Source: Octopus bimaculoides
Lineage: Eukaryota
DNA length: 64,000 nucleotides
Direction: 5' to 3'
Assembly (NCBI RefSeq): GCF_001194135.2
Contig: NC_068985.1
Location: 31,778,658 to 31,842,657 of the forward strand
The position numbers and the translations under genes were made by a program. Positions within the stretch are counted from its first letter, which is position 1; every line of letters begins with the position of its first letter. The notes under the pieces were generated by a model. That model was not told the origin of the DNA, did not search any database, and saw only the letters and a list, made by a program, of their open reading frames with translations. Positions 1 through 11,317 of the stretch are shown piece after piece.

Positions 1-436
1 CGACTTCTGATCAACAGGTATACTGTCTTCTCTCTGACTTTTCTACATTTGCTATAATGGCCCTTATAGCCTGTTTCTCATAGCAGGCTGGTCTTGTGCC
101 ACTTCCACTCAAGCACTCCAAATCAACTCTTTTATCCTCCTCTCAACACTCATGCTGTGTCCAATCTCTCAGTCTAATCCCAACACTTAGTCCTGAGCCT
201 CCAGAACATTGGCTCTCTAGAATTTCTCCCTTGCAGGTATCAGCTTGGAACAATTTAAGTAAAACAAATGGCATCAATCTCACCAGTATTTGAGAGTGAA
301 TCTGCAAGGTTATGGACACAACACTTTACCAACTTTGTATTGTACTTTTTTTGTTATTTAAATAATTATTTTTATTACAAGTTGAATTCGCAAATATTAT
401 AAATTAAATTAGCTTTTTCTAAATTTTCGTTTTCAG

Positions 437-633
437 TTTTTAAATCTTTGACTCTAAAAACAGTACATGGTAGACGTATATTCCATACTTGGGAATGCTG
501 TGAAATGTTGGTGTTTAGTGGTCAAGTTGATGTTAAGCCACTGATTACACATAAGTTTCCAATGAGAGAATTTGAAGAAGCATTCAAGACTATCTTCAGT
601 GGAAAGTGTGTTAAAGCTATCATTGAACCCTAA
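437..633 (+). CDS. Terminal coding exon of a Zn-dependent medium-chain dehydrogenase, most like bacterial-type L-threonine 3-dehydrogenase; upstream exons lie outside the window
   Basis: Pyrimidine-rich acceptor ttttcgttttcAG at 435-436. Frame reads (V)FKSLTLKTVHGRRIFHTWECCEMLVFSGQVDVKPLITHKFPMREFEEAFKTIFSGKCVKAIIEP, stop TAA 631-633. The FKxLT...GRxxFxTW, PLITHKFP and SGKC pattern matches the MDR Tdh C-terminus better than sorbitol dehydrogenase (comparison from memory). Confidence 0.8.
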
Positions 634-718
634 ATTGGAATACCATTGGCCTCAATCTAAATATTTTTTAAGTTTTGGTTTTCACTAAAGATTGCTAATT
701 GTAATAAGTTGAATTTAT

Positions 719-872
719 AATAAAGCAAAAATTTCATTGGTATTTAATATTTCACTTATAAAAAACATGTTGCTTTCCTGAAAGGACCATACCTATTCCT
801 CTAAAATATGTTGATATGTTTATCACCTGGAGAGCATTCTGAAAAAAAATTGTACTACAATTGTTCAATAAA
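719..872 (+). terminator. Candidate polyadenylation signals of the dehydrogenase gene
   Basis: AATAAA at 719-724 and 867-872 downstream of the stop codon. Confidence 0.45.
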
Positions 873-1639
873 GTCTAGTTACTCTTTATCACTTGTCAAG
901 CTTGGAATATTGCTTATGATTTTATCTATGTCATTTTTACTAACACTTCACAACACATTCTCAGTTAAAATGTAAGAGAATTGGACTCAATATTGTAACC
1001 ATATGTACATGTTTGCATAAAAGTGTATATGCATGCACATATGCATGTGTGTGTCTGTTCATGTAAACAGGATTACTTCTTAACCTGTTGAAGAGTATAT
1101 TAATACTGAACTCATATGTAACCCTGCATAGTTTAAATATGGCAAATATTTATCACACTTTTGACAAAATATTCAGAGAGTGGTAGAGGAGGAGAGTGAT
1201 GAATAGTAATAGAGATAGACAATGGGAAGAATAAGCAATGTATGTCAATAAGAAGTGGTTTTGAGAAGAGGGAGTGATAACTGACAATACAGAAAGGGTG
1301 ATGGTAGGATTTATCATGTACTGCCATCCTCGGTTATGCTAGCAGAATAATAGTGACTATAAGAGAAGATGAGAGGAGAGAGGATAAATTGGTTCCTAGA
1401 ATATTAATGAATTTCTTTGCATTACTAGCAAGTATAGTGCTATTTGCTATATAGATACAGCAAATAATTTTTACAAGTAATTTTGAAGCAAATGAATTTT
1501 ACAAACGGTTTTGTAGCAAATGATATTTTTACAATAATAACATATTGAGGAAGAGAAGAGAGTAACAGCTTAAAGATATTAGAATAATGTGAAAGATAAA
1601 AAATTTGTGAATGCCCACTTCTAACTAAAGAAACTTATA

Positions 1640-3525
1640 TTGATAACAGCAATTATTGAAATTGCTTCAGTTATTCAAGGTCCAGCTCGATTCAACCATT
1701 TGTAATTTGGTAGTTGAGAAGACTGATTGACATTGTAATTTTAACAGATTTAGATTCATTAAAAGTCAACTTCAGCAGCAAACACATGTTTACAACATGT
1801 TCTGCTTGATGTCAATCACTGATTTTCCCTTAATTTTGTAAGGGAAAATGTCACGGAAGTTCTCTTCTTCCATGTGTTTATTTATAGTTCTTTAGAAGAC
1901 AGCATCAACATTGGTAACACCAAACTATATTCAGGTAAATTGATTGCTGCAAACACCATAAAAGTCTTATCACAGTCAAAATGTTCAGAAGGTCATATAC
2001 ACTTTTACGATCAAAAATTGAGAATATGTGATAAATTGTTAAACTGTTCCCCATAGTCTCCATGCTTGGTAAAGGGTATAAATGTTTATTGTAGACAAAT
2101 AATTAATGCACATTTGCTTCTTGTTATGCTTAAGAGTCATCTCTTACACTTGCACACACCATGTTCTATAATCCCTTCAGAAAATAATCACTGAATTTCT
2201 TAAGGTATGAACTCTTGATCAGCAGGACTAAACTTCCTGGACTGAGTAGCTATAGGTTCACATCTTTCTTTATGTTTGCAAATAACAATGGCTTGTACAT
2301 TTTCCTTGTGGCCACACTACATACAGAATTATTTACAAAGTTTGAAATCTTGAGCTCAGATCTATTTCCTCTGTATACTATTGTAACTGAGAACATTGTT
2401 TAAAAATCTGTTTTGAGAATCACACCACTAAAAAGATCCTTAAAAATGCCCAGACAAGTGTTTGGATATGGCGTATCATTTAAGCAAAGATCATCAGTGC
2501 ACTTGTTTGCTCATCACAGAAGCAGTAACTAAGGACTTGTCAGTGAGAAATAGGTTGAATAAGTAACCAAACTTACTGGTTACCAAAAATCTGATAAGAC
2601 ATGAACCTTACTTTCCATTAACTGTGATTTTGCAGTAAAAGAGTGTAAACACCAAGGAGCAGCAATTGAGAAGTCACAAAGAAATGACGTAAACCATAAC
2701 TTTCTTCTTCATCAGGCAAACTCTTACCCAGTGACATTTTTCCCACATGAGAAGTATTCACTTTACTCATGGATAAATATTAGAGCCACAAACCCAGCAA
2801 CATTTCTTACTTATTATCCCTGCAAGTGCTACATCTTTAAAAGGAGCATCAGCTTGCTGAAGAATACATAAAGGCTTATGAGCTTTTTCCATATACCCTG
2901 ATATACTGCTACAACCATAGAACAAAGTTGTTGAAATGTCTCAGAGTTGTACTGTACAAGAACCAAAGCTCTAGTTTGATCATAACTGTGAGAGTTTCAC
3001 AGATGTTGGCATATACATCATCATCATTTAATGTCCATTGTCCATGATGGCATGGGTTGGACGATTTGACCAGGGCTGGCAAGCTGGAAGGCTGCACCAG
3101 ACTGGAGTCTGGTGCAACCTTCCAGTCTGATATCTGTGTATGACAATTCATTTACGAAGGCACTCCTTACCAGCTACTCATGATATTGTTCAGTTGCTGC
3201 ACTTTACAATGTGCAATTTTTACTGAGATCGTACAGAAATTGAAGAAAATCATCTAAGACTTTACCAAGTACGTGACACCTTGTACCAAGTTATTACTAG
3301 CAAATAGATTTCCTTTTTTATATCACCTTTTCTGATGTTGAAATTACTGTATCAAAGTCTATAGTATCCACTGTCACTGACACATATTTTGTTTAGTAGT
3401 GTAGTTTGTCAAGTGTTCTTTCACCGCATTCAGCAATGAAATTTAATTTCCAAAAGTTCTTAACCAGTCAACAGCTACTGAGTTTGCATCTACATCAAAT
3501 TTGTCAAAGTAGACTATGCATTTTA
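1640..3525 (-). mobile_element. Heavily degraded Gypsy/Ty3 LTR retrotransposon (gag plus RT remnants)
   Basis: Minus-strand hand translation, broken by stops and frameshifts. gag: DKFDVDANS..WLRTF..FIAECGER, DFLQFL.DLSKNC, EQYHE*LVRSAFVN, and a CCHC knuckle remnant KKCCWVCG. RT: EPIATQSRKFSPADQEFI..EIQ*LFSEGIIE (~2190-2260), PLPSMETM, FSIFDRKSVY, FGVTN..AVF*RT, LTFNESKSV. Interrupted by an RTE-tail remnant at ~3017-3100. No LTRs recognised. Confidence 0.75.
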
Positions 3526-3569
3526 TGATGTTGGTTTATAAGGTGAATAAATTAATATATATATATATA

Positions 3570-3867
3570 GACTGGCTCCTGTAGGATTTTCGAGCGAGAT
3601 CGTTGCCAGCGCCCCTGGACTGGCTTGTGCGGGTAGCACATAAAAGACACCATTTCGAGCGTGGCCGTTTTCGTGCGGGTGACACGTAAAAGCACCCACT
3701 ACACTCTCTGAGTGGTTGGCGTTAGGAAGGGCATCCAGCTGTAGAAACTCTGCAAAATCAGACTGGAGCCTGGTGTTGCCATCCGGTTTCACCAGTCCTC
3801 AGTCAAATCGTCCAACCCATGCTAGCATGGAAAGCGGACGTTAAACGATGATGATGATGATGATGAT
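3570..3867 (+). mobile_element. 3' end of RTE-type LINE (young copy) with (GAT)n tail
   Basis: GGTTGGCGTTAGGAAGGGCATCCAGCTGTAGAAA...CCATGCTAGCATGGAAAGCGGACGTTAAAC(GAT)n. Near-identical copies at 34966-35287 (-) and 41110-41399 (+). The same tail is joined to RT coding sequence at 17068-18498. Confidence 0.8.
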
Positions 3868-4437
3868 AGGCGCAGGAGTGGCTATGTGGTAAGTAGCTTG
3901 CTTACCAACCACNNNNNNNNNNNNNNNNNNNNNNNNNNNNNNNNNNNNNNNNNNNNNNNNNNNNNNNNNNNNNNNNNNNNNNNNNNNNNNNNNNNNNNNN
4001 NNNNNNNNNNNNNNNNNNNNNNNNNNNNNNNNNNNNNNNNNNNNNNNNNNNNNNNNNNNNNNNNNNNNNNNNNNNNNNNNNNNNNNNNNNNNNNNNNNNN
4101 NNNNNNNNNNNNNNNNNNNNNNNNNNNNNNNNNNNNNNNNNNNNNNNNNNNNNNNNNNNNTATATATATATATATATTATAAATATATATATGTATATGT
4201 ATATATGTATGTGTGTGTGTATATGTTTGTGTGTCTGTGTTTGTCCCCACCAACATCGCTTGACAACCGATGGTGGTGTGTTTACGTCCCCGTAACTTAG
4301 CGGTTCGGCAAAAGAGACCGATAGAATAAGTACTAGGCTTACAAAGAATAAGTCCTGGGGTCGATTTGCTTGACTAAAGGCGGTGCTCCAGCATGGCCGC
4401 AGTCAACTGACTGGAACAAGTAAAAGAGTAAAAGAGT
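3868..4437 (+). mobile_element. tRNA-head SINE (family A, tail type 1)
   Basis: Head AGGCGCAGGAGTGGCTATGTGGTAAGTAGCTTGCTTACCAACC, then an N gap and (TA)n/(TG)n, then tail ...GGGGTCGATTTGCTTGACTAAAGGCGGTGCTCCAGCATGGCC...AAGTAAAAGAGTAAAAGAG. Homologous to 12064-12550, 36033-36416 and 57498-57897. Confidence 0.8.
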
Positions 4438-4487
4438 ATATAAGCTGAATAAATTGTTATAAATCAAAAACCTCTGACATCAAAGAT

Positions 4488-4493
4488 TTTATT
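4488..4493 (-). terminator. Candidate ZPR1 polyadenylation signal
   Basis: AATAAA on the minus strand about 210 nt after the ZPR1 stop codon. Confidence 0.5.
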
Positions 4494-4699
4494 CAATCCA
4501 TAACATAATGCAGTCAGCAAACAACTTACATTGGTAAAAGAAAAGGTTTGCAAATAATTAACATAAGAGATAACATAACTAAGATTTCACACTGATTGTA
4601 AGCTATGAATAAAGATAAGAACAAATATCTTTAAAACCAATAAGCAACTTTATAGTATTTTAAAATCAAAATGGATATGATTTAGTGCATTAAATCTTC

Positions 4700-7600
4700 T
4701 TAATAATTCTCAGTTTTCATATCATTTAAGCCTAGACTTTCATTCTGTTCAAAATTCCTTTCATAATATGTGATTTTAAGGTCAGGGTCTTCTTCAGGAA
4801 AACATAAATCCTGTAGGAAAGAAAAAAAAAATTATAGCCAATTTAAGTTTAAGGCACAAATGAAGCACAAATGATTTTTAAAAAACTATTTAAGGATATT
4901 GCTGATCTATGTAAAAGGATAAATATCAATACAGAGAATGACAATGTGGTTAAGTGTGTGTGTGTGTGTTTACATATTCTCTCTGAATATTAAATACCGT
5001 GAGCTACAAGAAGTGACGTTGTTGCCATTTTCCATGTTGATAAATTATTTGCTGCCTTTGTGCCTGCAAAGATGTGTGAAATAAGGCATCCTTACTTGAG
5101 AAACTGGTAAGGATTAGCAACAGGAAGGGTATGTGGCTGTAAAACTATGTGCTTCAATAATACATTCATCTAAACCATGCTTGCATGGAAAAATTGTAAA
5201 TAATTTTGTACCAGTGGTACACTTAGAGAGAGAAAGAAAAGTGACACAAGATCACTCAGCAGCTCTGAAGAGCAGAGACTGATGGAGTAGTAGTAAAAAG
5301 AAAGAATGAGAAGACAGCACATATAGGGATTAGAGGTTAGATTATGTTGGTGAGTGACATCATGCCAATCAGCAGTGAGGCCTGAAGTTGATGAAACTCA
5401 ACTAGGTTAAAATCACAACCCTTCAGACATTATACTAACATGATCCTTCTAATTACACACAATCTCAAAACTGTTTTAGATTAAGATTATAATTATTGTG
5501 ATATTTTTTTATATTCAAGTTATAGTGATTAAATACAAATTCTGTAAAAAAAAATATATATTGGGTTGTCCGGAAAGTTTGTGCCGATTTTTAAAGGAAA
5601 GAAAAAGGTCAATAAATACTTGTCATTACATTTTTAATCAACCAAATATGAACCATTTTGTTGCACAATGCATCTCCATCTTTCCTCTAACTTGAAAATA
5701 CCCTCTTCCCAGAATTGAGGTGGTTTCATGGCAAAGAATTCATCAAGGTATCTTTTTACATCATCCAAGGAATTGAAATTTTTACCATTAAGACTATTCT
5801 GCAGAGACCTGAATAAGTGGAAATCCAAAGGAGCAATATCTGGTGAATATGGAGGGTGGAGTAACACATCCCAGCCGAGCTGCAGCAATTTTTGTCTGGT
5901 TCCCAAAGAAATNNNNNNNNNNNNNNNNNNNNNNNNNNNNNNNNNNNNNNNNNNNNNNNNNNNNNNNNNNNNNNNNNNNNNNNNNNNNNNNNNNNNNNNN
6001 NNNNNNNNNNNNNNNNNNNNNNNNNNNNNNNNNNNNNNNNNNNNNNNNNNNNNNNNNNNNNNNNNNNNNNNNNNNNNNNNNNNNNNNNNNNNNNNNNNNN
6101 NNNNNNNNNNNNNNNNNNNNNNNNNNNNNNNAAAAAAGGTGCCTTTTCATTCCGTTTATAAAGTGAATCACAGATGGAAATGCGATCCAAAAGGTTCTTC
6201 TCACTCAACTCATGTGGTACCCAAACATCGTAGCGATTTGTGTACCCAAGTTTTACCAGGTGCTCATGAACAACGGATTTTGATAGGTTGAGGCTTTCTG
6301 CCAATTCTCTGGTTGTGCAATGTGGGTTATTCTCAATTAATGACTTGATTTGGTCATCATCTGTAATGGGTGGTTTGCCTGACTGCGCTTTATCAATAAG
6401 GCTACAATCTCCAGCTCGGAACCTTGCAAACCACTTCCATACAGTTTTTTCAGATAAAGAAACATCACCGTAAACTGCGCATATTTCTTTGGTTGCTTGT
6501 GAGACTTTTTTCACTTTATGGAAAAAGAAAAGCATCAAGTGCTGAAAATGAACTTTCTAGTCTTCCATTTTAAAGGGTTACAGAATTAACACAGGTTATA
6601 GGAACATAAACCTTCTTCCACGAAAAGATAGCTTAAACTGTGTTCCAAATGGAGGTGTAGACAAATCCTATTTTATGGACTCAACCATGTTCTAAAATAA
6701 GTCGAAAGGTAAGCTACTATAAATCGGCACGAACTTTCCGGACAACTCAATACTTTACATAACATTCAATGTTTTCTGTCCTAAAACCAAAATTGTGAAT
6801 CTACTGAAAGATACATTTTTTAATGTTTTTCTTGAGCCCTAAGACTCAAAAGACCAGTCACTCAGTTCCCATGGCATACAAGTGTCTGAGATCACAACAT
6901 CCCCCTTCAACAGGATGTCACTCCATTGCAGGGTTCAAGGCCAGCAATTTTAAGGGAAGGGAACAAGTCAGTTACATCAGCCCAGTACCTGACAGGTATT
7001 TTATTTTATTGACACTGAAGGAATGAAAGGCAAAATTGACTTCAGCAAGATTTGAGCTCAGAACATAAAGAGCCAGAAGAAATGCTATATAAATATTTTG
7101 TTCAACATGCTTACAATTCTGCCAGCTGCCAGATATATTAATGAAATATTTTTCTTCAAATCTTAGATTTCTAGATGCCCTAAATACAAAAGAAAAATTA
7201 ACTCTACAGCCTTCAACTTCAAATAAATAGTTTTACAAACTTATTCTGTTTTTACATTTCCTGTGAGCCAAACTTGAGTCAGGTCTATTTCAAACCCCAA
7301 CAGTCCCATTCTTCGTTTGATGTAGTTATATATATATCATTCAGAATATGTCAGTTCTTATATTATTCTGTAACATTTAACAATTATTTTAGCTCACCTG
7401 GATATAACTATTGCCTGCAGGATCATCAAGGATCAAATGGACATTAAGCTTTTCTCCTGATATAATCTGTAGAAAAGGAAAAATTTATAAGTTTCCAACT
7501 ATCAGATCATTAAGAATGAAATGTCCAATTTTCTTATGCACCAAGTTTGACAGTCGTTAACTCTAATGTTTAATCCTGACAATTCTTTGTTTTACAAAAC

Positions 7601-10600
7601 TCATTGAAGAGTTACATCACTTTACAAAATGCAATTCATTGTGTCTGATTATATTGAGTTTTCTCTTGTTAGTCAATTTTTGTGATCCCATAGATAGATC
7701 AAAAATTCGTGTTGTTTATGAATTTGAGTCCCATCATGGAACCAATGCATTCCAGACAGCTTGAAACATCAGTGAGGTGTTTGGTGAAGATGTGGCAAAT
7801 GAGCGCACTGAACATTGATGGTTTGAGAAGCTCTAGTCTGGTGACTTTACTCTTGAAAATCAGTCCCATGGTAGACTTGAGACCAAGGTGGATAATGATG
7901 AGCTGGAAACTGTAGTGAGTTAGCAGCAAGGTTTGATGTTTTGATTCCAACTGTATTGGACCATCTGAAACAAATCAGCAAGGTAAAGAAGCTGGACAAG
8001 TGGATACCACACAAACTGAACAAGCATCAAATGACACATTGTCTTGAAACTTGCTATTCTTTGCTGTTATGGCATAAAAGCAAACCATTTTTGCATCATA
8101 TTGTTATGTATAATGAAAAATAGATTCTTAGCAAGCATTCTGCACAGTGGTTTGATAGAGATGGAGTGCCAAAACACAATCTAAAAAAGAATATTCATCA
8201 AAAAAAGTTAATACTGTCTCTTTGGTGGTCCAGCACTGGTGTCATCCACTACAGCTTCATGACAATTGGTAAGTCAATTACAATAGATGTATACATCAAC
8301 CAATTGGATGAAATTTTGAGAGAACTTGCAATTAAACAACCGAGATTGGTCAATACAGACAGACCAATACTCTTGCAAGACAATGCTCAATCACATGTTG
8401 CACAAAGAATGCTATTCAAGTTACAGGAATTGAACTTGGAAGTACTCTGTCATCTAACATATTCACCAGACCTTGCACCAACTGACTATCATGTTTTCCA
8501 GGCATTAGACAACTTTTTGCAAGAAAAAAAATTCAAATCTAAAGATGCAAAAACAGCCTTTCATGATTTCATCACTGCTTTCTCACTAGAATCCTTTACT
8601 GTTGGCATAAATAAGCTACCGATAAAATGGCAAAATTGTGTTGATAATTTAGGTACATACTTCNNNNNNNNNNNNNNNNNNNNNNNNNNNNNNNNNNNNN
8701 NNNNNNNNNNNNNNNNNNNNNNNNNNNNNNNNNNNNNNNNNNNNNNNNNNNNNNNNNNNNNNNNNNNNNNNNNNNNNNNNNNAACTACATTGCTTTTTAC
8801 TGATAAAGTAAAATTTTGAACTTACAGTTCAAAATTGGACATTTCATTCTTAATGACTTGATAATATACATCAAATATCATAGAACAAATCAAGGGAAAT
8901 ATTTTACATATGAATTATTAAAATTTTTTTTCTTGTCACAAATAAATTACTTTTACTTCAATATGATACAATATAAAACTAGAGTTTTTTTCTCTGGACT
9001 ATAGCTAGATGTTAATTTTAATTTTCATTAAAATTTTTTTTAAACTGTTTTTATATTTTAGCTTACTAACAAAAAATTGAATGAAAAGTCAATAAAAAGT
9101 ACTTTTTAATTATTTTATGGTTCAAGAAAATACAATATTTCTCATCTATGAAATTTACCCAAAATGAAACCATCAAAATTTCATTTTACTCTAAAGACGA
9201 AACCCTTAAATTGCTTACAAAACTGCGCAACAGCTGCACAGGCAATAATCACCACACCTAGAGAAAAATCATCCATCTTCACCAATTGGGAAGCACTCAT
9301 ACACCTGTGTAATGTCTGCAACGTAATTATCAGGAAATAAAGGCCTACAAGTTCTCTCTCTCTCTCTCTTTCCAAATTAAACCCAAATATTTTAAGTAAC
9401 TGGCAAGAGGATCTGTATCAAGCTAGAAAATGTCTTATATCCCTTTCCTCAAGACTTCTTAACTAAAATGACTCAATAAGTAACACAACTGTAAATAAAG
9501 GCAACCACCTATCCTGGTTATATTTTGCTTCTATTTCAACACTGCAGACACAATAAAATTCTACCTTAACTCTTTTTTCCAGCCATTTCCCCTGTCCCAT
9601 GTGCCTCACCTCTAAGTGCACAAAGCTGCCAAGTACAAACACTTTTCTAGTCACTCCAATCTAAGTAGTCCAGATAGCATTCAATCCATTCCCATCAAGC
9701 AAACAGTGCACACTTGATCTAGGTCCTATCTTCTCCAAGAAAGGCAATTTCTTTGAGTCGGTCAACTAAGGTGACCTTTAACTTTGTACAATGATGCAAA
9801 CAACTGATGTTGTGAACTGACTGGGACTATCTAAACCGAGCTTCTATCACTAGAACTTAAAAGCAGATTAGACAATGAAAAAAAAACTAGACACCCAAAC
9901 TGCCACACTGTACCCTATATAATAAACTACTGGATGTTAGAGCAAACAGTATGGTTCACTTTGAAAAATCATATCTAAAACAATAAATCTGTGGTTTGGA
10001 CCTACTCATTCAATTAATAACCCATGTGCACTCTAAAAGATATGACAACTTAATCTCTTTAACAGCACCAAAACACAGTGACTGTGCATAGCAAGAAAAC
10101 AATCTCACAATACTACATGCTCCTATTCATGAACCACAATACACAGTTCACACTATCAAAGACTGGTATTGATGTAATTTACAATAAAAGGCAATGCCCC
10201 AGTTTCATGACTAAAACTAATAAAAGAATAAAAGTATCATAAGCATTAATTTAATAGCAAAGAATAACAAGTATTAGCTTTCAATTTTTATTTACTTAAA
10301 GCAAATAGTAAAACAGTCATAAAATGTTCACCATTACAAACTGCTTCTGTCTTACTTTAAAGCTAGAAACAGTTTTACTTCAAAGTTACCAGCTGTCTAG
10401 AGATAGAGACATTTCATACAATTTAACAGGAACCTAAGTTTTTTAATATGTCTTACTGAACAGAAACTTTTCATTAATGGAACATTCACAAAAATATAGG
10501 TAAATTATTAAAAATTAAAAACTTACCTCGGAAATGTTATTACTGAATTCATTCAGTTTTGCTTTTGTATCTTCCTGAGCAGAGTCACCAAAGCAAAAGG

Positions 10601-10996
10601 GATTGTTCTTTGACAGCTTCAGAATAAAAGAGAAATATTCATGAATTTATGTTTAAGTGGATAACTGCATACAATTACAAATGTGTGTGAGTGTGTACAT
10701 TAATAAAATACAGAAAAGTTATTTGCTTTATGTATTTTGTCAAATTAACTGCCAGGATTACATAATTGTTTGTTCAAAATTATATAATCCCATCAAATCA
10801 CCAACTCAGTGTTTAGCAAAAAATACAAAAAGTGGTGTTAAGTGCTTTATATATATANNNNNNNNNNNNNNNNNNNNNNNNNNNNNNNNNNNNNNNNNNN
10901 NNNNNNNNNNNNNNNNNNNNNNNNNNNNNNNNNNNNNNNNNNNNNNNNNNATGCAAATTATCAACAACATCAATAGAGTGGTGAAACTGAAGGCAT

Positions 10997-11055
<59 letters not shown>

Positions 11056-11286
11056 TCTTTTATCTTTTTCAGTCATTAGATTGTGGCTATACTGGGGCAC
11101 AGCCTTGAAGAATTTTTAGTTGAACGAATGAATCAACCTAAGTACTTATATTTTTTTTAAAGCTTGGTATTTATTCTATTGGTCGCTTTTGCTAAACCAC
11201 TAAGTTATGGAGATATAAACACACTAACACTTGTTGTCAAGCAGTAGTGGAGGACAAAGACATACACACATATAAACATATGTAAA

Positions 11287-11317
<31 letters not shown>

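Noticed and set aside
437-633. Sorbitol dehydrogenase (SORD) as the gene symbol
   Set aside because: The C-terminal pattern fits MDR Tdh better and only one exon is visible, so no symbol was assigned.
3523-3792. Recurrent ORFs such as ..[22 protein letters not shown].. (also at 35040 and 41120)
   Set aside because: They are antisense translations of the non-coding RTE 3' tail; recurrence reflects repeat copies, not a protein family.
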